This document shows, one piece after another, positions 1-8,200 of a stretch of 64,000 nt of DNA. Position numbers and translations under genes: made by a program. Source of the stretch: an uncultured virus (IMG/VR IMGVR_UViG_3300042891_001375) (taxonomy: Duplodnaviria; Heunggongvirae; Uroviricota; Caudoviricetes); the IMG/VR virus record IMGVR_UViG_3300042891_001375; one strand, 5' to 3'. The notes below the pieces were generated by a model. That model saw only the letters and a program-made list of their open reading frames with translations. It did not search any database and was not told the DNA's origin. Within the stretch, counting starts at the first letter, position 1. Every line of letters starts with the position of its first letter.

Positions 1-24
1 AGAGACATTAAGGAAGAGAATAAA

Positions 25-450
25 ATGATAAATGAGCAATCTGAATTCAATCCTCCTCCAATGCTTCTGTTGAAAAGATTAGCACTTCGTATGTTTCCAG
101 ATGGAAAACGTGTTGTTCTTTATATTGATAACAAATATGGTCTCTCATTTCCAGTTCCATATGACGCATTTGCTCCAGGATTCAGTACTGTAAATACACT
201 CAGACCAGGTGCAAAAGTTGGTGGATTGCGCGCTGCAACTGCAGCTGCTGCAGGATATGTAAATGAAGAAACAGTTCCAGTAATTTTTGCCACAGGCGAA
301 GAAATTCTTGTTGAAAAAGTTGTTATGGATAAAATTAAAAATGTTTTTGATAATTTAAATGAAAAGAATAAAGAAAGATTATCAGATATGCTTCTTGAAA
401 GTCAAGAAACATTTAACAAAGTTAAAGATTTCGCACTACTAGTAGAATGA
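25..450 (+). CDS. hypothetical head-region protein
   Basis: 141-aa ORF upstream of the prohead core genes; ATGA overlap with next ORF. Confidence 0.6.
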   Translation: MINEQSEFNPPPMLLLKRLALRMFPDGKRVVLYIDNKYGLSFPVPYDAFAPGFSTVNTLRPGAKVGGLRAATAAAAGYVNEETVPVIFATGEEILVEKVVMDKIKNVFDNLNEKNKERLSDMLLESQETFNKVKDFALLVE

Positions 451-1358
451 ATACACAAGAAAGTTTTGAAGATCGATTTGGTTCTCCTGAATTTCAGGAT
501 AGAAAAGGATCAAATGTAGAAAACTCAGTGAGCCAAAAAGAAAAAGTACAGATGAAAAAATACGGCATTAAACCAAAAGATACAATGATTGATAAAATTA
601 ACAAGGTTATTGCAGAAGAAATGCCAGCACAAGATGTGGAAATTGATAACAACGAATATGATGATGAAGAAGATGAAGCAAAACAAAAAGAAAAAGAACA
701 AAAAAACGAATTAAAAATTAAGATTATGCAATACTTAAATCCTCGTATTGTAAAATCAAAAGAACTAAAGAACTATGTTGATCGATCAAACATTAAGGAA
801 GAAATTTATAAGACACTTAATAGTTTTGCTCAACAAAAATTAAATGCATATAAGAATGCAATTGCGCTCAATCTTCCAGTTGAACTTGGCGAGTCTGACA
901 AATTTATGCCAACGCCACGCCAAGTTCCCGCTCCTCCAGGTGGACTTCCAGTTCCAAAAGGATACGAGAGAGTAAAGAGCTGGGGTGGCGCATATGAGTT
1001 AAGAAGAACAGCAGAATCACTCCGCGACGAACATAATGAACTTCATACAACACCATCAGAAGAAACAGAGCAACTTGATGAGGCAAAGCGCAATCCAAAC
1101 GTGATGCGTCAAGGTCGTACGAAAGTAATCAAGGCTCGTGTTCGTGGTGGAAAAGTGCAGCGTCGCAAAAAAGTATCTGCTGTAAAAGGATACACAATTC
1201 GCGGTGGCAAACTCAAGCGTATGTCTGCTGCTGAAAGACTTCGCAGAAAACGTGGCGCTCGTATTGGTAAAATTAAAAGAAAAGCAAAGATGTCTCGTGC
1301 TATAATGAAAAGAAAACGCTCATTAAGAAAAAGAGCATCTCTTGGATTAAAGGAATAG
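447..1358 (+). CDS. prohead core protein (gp68-like C-terminal basic domain, acidic N-terminus)
   Basis: Directly upstream of gp21; very K/R-rich C-terminus (RRKKVSAVKGY...KRKRSLRKRASLGL) following QLDE. Confidence 0.65.
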   Translation: MNTQESFEDRFGSPEFQDRKGSNVENSVSQKEKVQMKKYGIKPKDTMIDKINKVIAEEMPAQDVEIDNNEYDDEEDEAKQKEKEQKNELKIKIMQYLNPRIVKSKELKNYVDRSNIKEEIYKTLNSFAQQKLNAYKNAIALNLPVELGESDKFMPTPRQVPAPPGGLPVPKGYERVKSWGGAYELRRTAESLRDEHNELHTTPSEETEQLDEAKRNPNVMRQGRTKVIKARVRGGKVQRRKKVSAVKGYTIRGGKLKRMSAAERLRRKRGARIGKIKRKAKMSRAIMKRKRSLRKRASLGLKE

Positions 1359-1362
1359 TAAA

Positions 1363-2007
1363 ATGAAATTGATTACAGAAACAGTCGAAGAAGTAAAGTA
1401 TATCACCGAAGACAATAACGGTGTGAAGACACTTTACATTCAAGGTCCATTTCTTGTTGCTGAAACAAAGAATCGTAATGGGCGCTCATATCCAGTTAGC
1501 GTTCTCGAAAATGAAGTAAATCGTTATATGAAAGAGTACGTTGATAAGAATCGCGCATTCGGTGAGCTCGGACATCCAGAGTCTCCAACGATTAATCTAG
1601 AGCGCGTCTCTCATATGATCACTAATATTACAAAGAACGGAAACGTCTTTGAAGGTAAGGCAAAAGTTCTTGACACGCCTATGGGTAAAATTGCCAAGAA
1701 TTTGATGGAAGCAGGGGCTACTCTCGGCGTTTCTTCGCGCGGAATGGGTTCTCTCAAAAACGAAGGTGGTGTAAACATTGTTCAACCAGACTTCTATCTC
1801 GCTACTGCAGCTGATATTGTTGCAGATCCATCAGCTCCAGGTGCTTTCGTTCAAGGTATTATGGAAGGTAAAGAGTGGGTGTGGGATAACGGTCTCGTCA
1901 AAGAACTTGATGTAAATGCATACTATGAAGAAATTAAAACAGCAAAGCAAAAACAGCTCGACGACATCTCTTTGAAGATCTTTGAGAACTTTTTGTCAAA
2001 GTTATAA
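1363..2007 (+). CDS. 21: prohead protease gp21
   Basis: MKLITE start, NRNGRSY, AFGELGHP, GVSSRGMGS, DIVADPSAPGAFV motifs. Confidence 0.97.
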   Translation: MKLITETVEEVKYITEDNNGVKTLYIQGPFLVAETKNRNGRSYPVSVLENEVNRYMKEYVDKNRAFGELGHPESPTINLERVSHMITNITKNGNVFEGKAKVLDTPMGKIAKNLMEAGATLGVSSRGMGSLKNEGGVNIVQPDFYLATAADIVADPSAPGAFVQGIMEGKEWVWDNGLVKELDVNAYYEEIKTAKQKQLDDISLKIFENFLSKL

Positions 2008-2011
2008 GTTT

Positions 2012-2019
2012 TATAAATA
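2012..2019 (+). promoter_or_regulatory. T4-type late promoter TATAAATA
   Basis: Exact T4 late consensus about 25 nt upstream of the gp22 ATG; AGGAG SD follows. Confidence 0.8.
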
Positions 2020-2044
2020 ATAATACCTCTTCAGGAGTTTTTAA

Positions 2045-5000
2045 ATGAAACATAAATCATTACATGAATCAGCAGCAGAAATTCTTGCAGCGTCTGTTGC
2101 AGGCGCAGGAAAAGAACCACTGCCAATGTCAGACATGTTAATGAATCCGCCAGTAGATTTAGGTGGAGAAATGACAACAGGAGATGTTACTGCTGTTGGT
2201 GATGCAGCTTCTCAATCAATGGAAGCATCACCAAAGCCAGGTCAACCTGGAGCTCCTGCTGAAGAAATGAAGACAGTCGAAAACGAATCAGAAGAAACTG
2301 AAGAAAAAGAAGAAGAAGAAGAGGAAGAAGGAGAGGAAGAAGAAAAGCCAGAAGCAATGATGGAAGCTCTCATTGCAGAGCATGGCGAACAAGTTATCCT
2401 CGAAAGTCTTATTTCAGAACACGGCGAACAGGCTGTGTATACTCAAATTCTAGAAAGTTTTGTTGCCGAGTATGGTGAAGATGCTGTCACAGACGCATTC
2501 ATCGATACATTGTCAGAAGAAATTGGAGATGAAAGATTACTTGATTTGATTGCTGAGTCTGTAGTTCCTGCATTCCACGAACAACAATTAACTGAAGAAC
2601 AATTTAATGTTCTTCAAGAACAATCAACCTCATTCATCACCGAAATGCAAACTCTTTCTGAAGAAGATTTTGAGAACTATATCTCAAATCTTACAGAAGA
2701 AGAATTTATTTACGCAATTCAATTATCGTCTCTCAACGAAGAATATCTCGTTGAATTCTTAAAGAAGATCGGCAAAGCACTTAAGAAAGGTGTGAAGGCT
2801 GTTGGTAAGGTAGCAAAGAAAGCAGTTAAGGTTGTTGCAAAAGCAGCACCACTTCTTTCATTCATCCCTGGTGTTGGTACTGCAGTCGGTGCAGTTGCTG
2901 GCAAACTATTGGGTGGAATCGGTTCAAAGATTGCAGGCAGTGCGCTTGGTAAAGCAGTTTCTGCTGGCGCATCAAAACTCGGTTCATCTGTACTTGGCAA
3001 AGCAGCACTTTCAGCAGGTAAGAGTGCACTACAAGGTGGTGTATCAAGCGTACTACAAGGTGGCAAATTCTCACAAGGCGCCAAGTTGGGCGCAGTAACT
3101 GGACTTGCTTCACCAATCGTTAATAAAGTTGCTGGTGGTTTGGCAAAAGCCACTGGTTCTGCTGCAATCGGTCAAACAGGAGCAGATGCTCTTGCTGGTG
3201 GTCTTGCAAACAAGGCAATGGGCGGCAGCTTCAGTCAAGGCGCAAAAACTGGCGCTATCGGTTCAGTAGTTGGCAGAGTTGCTGGTGGAATTGGCGATGC
3301 CATTCAACAAAGAACTGGATCTGACACAGCAGGAAATGTTGCGCGTGATGTTGCTACTGCAGTTGCTGATAAAGCAGCAAATCGCACAAAGGCAGCGTCA
3401 TACGGTGATCAAGAAGGTTCTGATGAAGCACCAGAGCAAGATGATGTTGAGCAACCAACACGTGTTGCCCAAACAACACCACAAGAAAGAGAAGAAGATG
3501 AGGATGCAGATAGCCCATCAAACTTCATGAGAGGCGTGAGAGCAAATAAAGTAGCCGCTCGTCGCCCAGCAACAAGAGGTGCTGCTGTACGAAATGTTGC
3601 TGAAGAAACTGATGATCTTTTAAATGAACTATCAGCACTCAATGAAGAACAATTAGATGCATTTATCAGCTCACTCAGTGAAGAAGAATTTGAAGCACTC
3701 AATGAGTTTGTTGGTCCACTAGCACGTGTTGGTGTTGCTGCTGGTAAAGCAGGTAAAGCACTAGTTGTTGCTGGTAAGAAAGCTGCATCTGGTCCAAAGG
3801 CTGCGAAAATTTCTGCAGCAGAAAAAGCAGCTGCAATAACTGCACAAGTTGCAACTAAATCAAAGGCTGGTGCTGCGCTTAAGACAGTTGGTAGAGTTGC
3901 AGGAAAACTTGCCCTACCAGTAACAGCTGGTCTTGCAGCATATGATGCTAAGAAAGGTTGGGATGTTGATCCAAATGCAACAACAGGCAAGAAAGCATTG
4001 AATGCTCTTCAAGGTGCTGCTTCTGGTGCAACATTAGGATTAATTCCTGGACCAACAAAAGCCGCTGCGCCAGCAAAGAAACCAGTTGCACCAACTAAGA
4101 AAAGTGCAGTTCCTGGAACTGACACACCAGCTGGATATGACAAATTTGGTCGTCCAGCAGGATCAAAAGATTTTGGTGTATCGCCAGCTCAAGTAAGAGC
4201 ACGTCCTGCAGTAACTGCAGCAAAACCAGCTGCTATGAGTGATGAACAGCGATATGGCAAAACTGGTGCTGCAATTCGCGGTGCTGATAAAGATGCATAT
4301 GCTAAGAGAAAAGACAGTGCATATCTACAATCAATGGGTATCACTGCTGCTCCTGGATCAGCAGAAGCAAATACGCAATTGCTACAAAAATTAAAAGACG
4401 GCAAAAAGCCAACTGCTGCTGCACCAGCTGCAGCTGTAGTATCAGAACCAACTCAAGCAACGACACCTGCACAACAATCAGTGACTGCTGGTGGAAGCAA
4501 ATGGGATGATTTGTCATCATGGGAAGCAAATCCAATTGCTCGTGGCGATGCTGGTGAAAGAGAAGATTATGAAGAGGCACCAACAACACCAGAGAAAGCA
4601 GGTGTTGGTATTTTTAGAACTCCAACAGGAGAGAAAACCAAACTAAGAAAAGCAATTCCAAACGAGATTGCCAACATCGTTGGTGGTCTTGCTGGTGGTG
4701 TAGGACAGGCTTTCAAAATCAAAGAACTCGGTTATAAGAAACCAGGATCAAGAGTAAATGAACAATTTGAGGACTCTAACATGAATGACGTAAACGGAGA
4801 AGAAACAACAATGGAAACAACAGAACTTACCGAAGAGCAAATTCGTGAAGAGAGAATGCTCGCTATTAAAGAAGCGGTAAAGCAATTCAAAGGAAACATG
4901 AGAGAAGATGTTGATGCTCTTTTCAACGGCGAGTCTCTTTCCGAAGAATTCCGTGCAAAAGCCACTTTGATTTTCGAATCAGCTGTGTCTTCTCGCGTTG

Positions 5001-5647
5001 AAAGCATTCTCGAACAAGTTATGGAACAGAACGATGCCGTTCTTGCCCAAGCATATGATGAGATCAAAGATCAACTAACAGAACAAGTTGATGAGTATCT
5101 CAATTATGTTGTTGAGCAATGGATGACTGAGAATCAAGTTGCCATCGAGACAGGACTACGTGCTGAACTCGCTGAAGACTTTATCTCTGGTCTACGTTCA
5201 TTGTTCCAAGAACATTATATCGAAATTCCTGAAGAGAAAGTTGATGTTGCAGAAACACTTGCAGCAGAACTTGAACAAGCAGGTGAATATGTTGAGACAG
5301 TTCATCAACATATTGAAGCACAAAACGTTGCAATCGCTGATCTTCAAGAGCAGTTGAATGCAGTCAAGAAAGAAAAAGCAATTGATAATTTCTGCGAAGG
5401 GCTCACAGCAGTCCAAGCAGCAAAAATGAAGTCGCTCGCAGAGGGCGTGGAGTTCACCGCAGAAGGTGATTTTGAAGAAAAACTCGCAGTACTACGCGAG
5501 AACTACTTCCCAACTAAAGTACAAGTGAAAAGTGAGGTAAAGGAAATTCAACAAGCAATGCTTAATGAAGAACCAGAAGTAGAACAAACCAATAATATTA
5601 TGGCTCGTTATGTCAAAGCAATCGCAAAAACGGCTCCAAAAGCCTAA
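2045..5647 (+). CDS. 22: prohead core scaffold protein gp22 with large N-terminal/central extension
   Basis: Between gp21 and gp23; C-terminal ~250 aa has gp22 motifs (EDVDALFNGESLSEEFRAKATLIFESAV, VDEYLNYVVEQW, LRENYF); total 1200 aa. Confidence 0.9.
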   Translation: MKHKSLHESAAEILAASVAGAGKEPLPMSDMLMNPPVDLGGEMTTGDVTAVGDAASQSMEASPKPGQPGAPAEEMKTVENESEETEEKEEEEEEEGEEEEKPEAMMEALIAEHGEQVILESLISEHGEQAVYTQILESFVAEYGEDAVTDAFIDTLSEEIGDERLLDLIAESVVPAFHEQQLTEEQFNVLQEQSTSFITEMQTLSEEDFENYISNLTEEEFIYAIQLSSLNEEYLVEFLKKIGKALKKGVKAVGKVAKKAVKVVAKAAPLLSFIPGVGTAVGAVAGKLLGGIGSKIAGSALGKAVSAGASKLGSSVLGKAALSAGKSALQGGVSSVLQGGKFSQGAKLGAVTGLASPIVNKVAGGLAKATGSAAIGQTGADALAGGLANKAMGGSFSQGAKTGAIGSVVGRVAGGIGDAIQQRTGSDTAGNVARDVATAVADKAANRTKAASYGDQEGSDEAPEQDDVEQPTRVAQTTPQEREEDEDADSPSNFMRGVRANKVAARRPATRGAAVRNVAEETDDLLNELSALNEEQLDAFISSLSEEEFEALNEFVGPLARVGVAAGKAGKALVVAGKKAASGPKAAKISAAEKAAAITAQVATKSKAGAALKTVGRVAGKLALPVTAGLAAYDAKKGWDVDPNATTGKKALNALQGAASGATLGLIPGPTKAAAPAKKPVAPTKKSAVPGTDTPAGYDKFGRPAGSKDFGVSPAQVRARPAVTAAKPAAMSDEQRYGKTGAAIRGADKDAYAKRKDSAYLQSMGITAAPGSAEANTQLLQKLKDGKKPTAAAPAAAVVSEPTQATTPAQQSVTAGGSKWDDLSSWEANPIARGDAGEREDYEEAPTTPEKAGVGIFRTPTGEKTKLRKAIPNEIANIVGGLAGGVGQAFKIKELGYKKPGSRVNEQFEDSNMNDVNGEETTMETTELTEEQIREERMLAIKEAVKQFKGNMREDVDALFNGESLSEEFRAKATLIFESAVSSRVESILEQVMEQNDAVLAQAYDEIKDQLTEQVDEYLNYVVEQWMTENQVAIETGLRAELAEDFISGLRSLFQEHYIEIPEEKVDVAETLAAELEQAGEYVETVHQHIEAQNVAIADLQEQLNAVKKEKAIDNFCEGLTAVQAAKMKSLAEGVEFTAEGDFEEKLAVLRENYFPTKVQVKSEVKEIQQAMLNEEPEVEQTNNIMARYVKAIAKTAPKA

Positions 5648-5672
5648 TTTAATTTAACTGAGGAAACACTAA

Positions 5673-6986
5673 ATGTATATCAACGAAACATATGCAAAGA
5701 AGTGGGCACCAGTTCTTGATCACCCAGAACTCCCAGCAATCAGCGACCCTTACAAGCGCGCAGTTACTGCTCTCGTTCTAGAAAATCAAGAGCGTGCTCT
5801 ACAAGAAGAAGCTCGTTCAATGCAAAACCTATGGGAAGCATCCCCAGCTAACGCTATGGGAACAGGCTCACCAAATGGTCTTTCAGGCGCAGCAGGTGCA
5901 CCAGTTGCTGGATTTGATCCAGTTCTAATTGGTCTCGTACGTCGTGCACTACCAAACCTAATGGCTTATGACATCTGCGGCGTTCAGCCAATGACTGGTC
6001 CAACAGGTTTGATTTTCGCAATGCGTTCACAATACGCCAACGCAACAGCAATGACAGGTGAAGCTCTCTATAACGAAGCAAACACCCATTATGCTGGTGC
6101 TGCTGGTGCAAACCCACTTGCAACATTGAACGCAAACATTGCAAACGTCACCCTAGCCAACACTGGTACAGGTATGACAACTGCAGTTGCAGAAGACAAG
6201 ACTCTAGAATATATGGGCTTCCAAATCGATCGCGTTGCTGTTACAGCAAAGTCACGCGGTTTGCAAGCAGCCTATACGCTAGAACTTGCACAAGATCTCA
6301 AGGCAATCCACGGTCTCGATGCAGAAACAGAATTGACAAATATTTTGTCAACTGAAATTCTTGCAGAAATCAACCGCGAAGTTGTCCGTACGATCTATGC
6401 AACAGCAAACATCGGTATCACTGGTCTATCAACAGCACAATTCAACCTATCTTCATCAAGCGACACAAGCGGTCGTTGGCAGGTAGAAAAGTACAAGTCA
6501 CTCTTGTTCGCTGTTGAGCGTGCTGCTAATAAGATCGCAAAAGATACCCGTCGCGGCAAGGGCAACATGCTCATCGTTTCAACCGATGTTGCATCAGCTC
6601 TTTCAATGACTGGTCTTTTGGACTACAACTCTGCTCTAACAAACAACACAAATCTAATGGTTGACGATACAGGCAACACATTCGCTGGATTGCTCTTCGG
6701 ACGCATCAAAGTGTTTGTTGACCCATATTCTGTCTCTGGTACAGATTATGCTGTTGTTGGTTACAAGGGTGCAACACCTTATGACGCTGGCTTGTTCTAC
6801 TGCCCATACGTTCCGCTACAAATGGTACGTGCAGTTGATCCAACAACTTACCAGCCAAAGGTCGGCTTCAAGACACGTTATGGTCTCGTAGCAAACCCAT
6901 TCGCAACAGCAGCTGGTCTTGGTGCTCTCGCAAACGACACAAACTACTACTATCGTAGATTCCAAGTGTTGAACATCAACCAGTAA
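5673..6986 (+). CDS. 23: major capsid protein gp23
   Basis: KWAPVLDH, CGVQPMTGPTGLIFAMR, ELAQDLKAIHGLDAE, FYCPYVPL, GFKTRYG. Confidence 0.99.
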   Translation: MYINETYAKKWAPVLDHPELPAISDPYKRAVTALVLENQERALQEEARSMQNLWEASPANAMGTGSPNGLSGAAGAPVAGFDPVLIGLVRRALPNLMAYDICGVQPMTGPTGLIFAMRSQYANATAMTGEALYNEANTHYAGAAGANPLATLNANIANVTLANTGTGMTTAVAEDKTLEYMGFQIDRVAVTAKSRGLQAAYTLELAQDLKAIHGLDAETELTNILSTEILAEINREVVRTIYATANIGITGLSTAQFNLSSSSDTSGRWQVEKYKSLLFAVERAANKIAKDTRRGKGNMLIVSTDVASALSMTGLLDYNSALTNNTNLMVDDTGNTFAGLLFGRIKVFVDPYSVSGTDYAVVGYKGATPYDAGLFYCPYVPLQMVRAVDPTTYQPKVGFKTRYGLVANPFATAAGLGALANDTNYYYRRFQVLNINQ

Positions 6987-7029
6987 TAGTATTACCAAAC
7001 TTATAAAAATAATAAGGTAATGTGACTCG

Positions 7030-7057
7030 GGGGGAGACGAAAGTCTCCCCCTTTTTT
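7030..7057 (+). terminator. Rho-independent terminator after gp23
   Basis: GGGGGAGAC-GAAA-GTCTCCCCC stem-loop followed by T6. Confidence 0.92.
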
Positions 7058-7063
7058 ATTTCG

Positions 7064-7070
7064 CTAAATA
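7064..7070 (+). promoter_or_regulatory. late promoter variant CTAAATA
   Basis: Same heptamer also occurs at 27211, 30096, 52324 and 60992, each just upstream of a gene or RNA. Confidence 0.6.
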
Positions 7071-7092
7071 AATGAGTGATGGAGGAGATTAG

Positions 7093-7647
7093 ATGACAGC
7101 ACTCACGCGAAACCCAGTAAACACTGATCTATTACAACCACATAAATTTCAAATCACATTTGATCGATTGCCAAATGTGACATACTTCTGTCAGACAGCA
7201 AGCCTTCCTGGCATTTCATTGACAGAAGTGCAACACTTTACACCATTCATTGATTTGTTTCGTCCAGGAGAGAAGGCAATTTATGATACCTTCAACACTC
7301 AGTTTCTTGTCAATGAAGATTTAAGTCCATGGTTTGAGTTGCACGATTGGATTCGTTCTGCAACATTTCCTACTGATTTTGAAGAATATGTGAATTTGGC
7401 TCGAACAACAAGATCAGGATTTGATCAAAGTTTGGCAACAAATAGAAGACCTGCAGTGTATACTGACGGAACTCTTGTAATTTATTCAAACAAAAATAAT
7501 CCAAGATTCCGAATTAAATTCCGCGACATTTTCCCAAACTATGTCGGTTCTATCAATTTTAATACTCTTGATAATGCAGAAACGACAGTAACTTGCGACG
7601 TATCTTTTAGATTCTCTTACTATGATATTGAGAAACTAGAAGTATAG
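7093..7647 (+). CDS. 3: tail completion / tube terminator protein gp3
   Basis: RLPNVTYFCQTASLPGISL, FLVNEDL, F.DIFP motifs; position after gp23. Confidence 0.88.
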   Translation: MTALTRNPVNTDLLQPHKFQITFDRLPNVTYFCQTASLPGISLTEVQHFTPFIDLFRPGEKAIYDTFNTQFLVNEDLSPWFELHDWIRSATFPTDFEEYVNLARTTRSGFDQSLATNRRPAVYTDGTLVIYSNKNNPRFRIKFRDIFPNYVGSINFNTLDNAETTVTCDVSFRFSYYDIEKLEV

Positions 7648-7672
7648 ACTATCCGCGAAACACCACATAGTG

Positions 7673-7701
7673 ATTATACTGGTGCAATTTATATAAGACA
7701 A
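7673..7701 (-). promoter_or_regulatory. sigma70-like promoter on minus strand (antisense to gp3)
   Basis: Reverse complement reads TTGTCT-17nt-TATAAT. Confidence 0.5.
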
Positions 7702-7714
7702 CTCTTGCTTTAAC

Positions 7715-7743
7715 TTGTCTTTTGATTGAAGATGTTATATACT
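7715..7743 (+). promoter_or_regulatory. sigma70-like promoter of uvsY (probably leaderless)
   Basis: TTGTCT-17nt-TATACT; ATG 7 nt downstream; no SD. Confidence 0.6.
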
Positions 7744-7750
7744 ATGCTCT

Positions 7751-8200
7751 ATGAAAATAGAAACTCCTCCTCTCGAAGAATTAATGCAGCAATGGGAAAA
7801 AGACTCAGAAGTTGATACAACTGAGCCTGGAAAAGAAATCCTGCGCATTCCATTACTTCATAACAAATACAACAAATACTTGTCATTACATAATCTTGCT
7901 GCAAGACGCGCAGCATTAGAGTTTGACAAACTCAAGAAACTCAAATGGATGTATTACAACGGCAAGTTAGACCAAGAAGAATTGGATAAACTTGGTTGGG
8001 AACCATTTCGTTTCACATTGAAGTCTGACATTGCTGTATATCTTGATGGTGATGATGATCTAAACAAACTCAAGCGCAAGAAAGCCTATCATGAGGAAGC
8101 AGCAAGTTTCTGCACCAACGTCATGAAGGAACTCAACAATCGCACGTGGCAGTTGAAAGAGTACATGGGCTGGGAGAAGTTTATCCAAGGTGCTCGATGA
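7751..8200 (+). CDS. uvsY: recombination mediator UvsY
   Basis: WEKDSEVD, IPLLHNKY, KWMYYNGK, EWEKF-type C-terminus; upstream of uvsW. Confidence 0.9.
   Translation: MKIETPPLEELMQQWEKDSEVDTTEPGKEILRIPLLHNKYNKYLSLHNLAARRAALEFDKLKKLKWMYYNGKLDQEELDKLGWEPFRFTLKSDIAVYLDGDDDLNKLKRKKAYHEEAASFCTNVMKELNNRTWQLKEYMGWEKFIQGAR

Noticed and set aside
4330..4400. GITAAPGSAEANTQLLQKLK in gp22 as a cell-wall-binding motif
   Set aside because: Only a loose remembered resemblance to endolysin C-terminal repeats; too short to support without a profile search
2719..5416. Minus-strand ORFs opposite gp22 and throughout the window (e.g. 3409-3990, 17128-17715, 61027-61653)
   Set aside because: Shadow ORFs of biased + strand coding; no recognisable motifs or RBS
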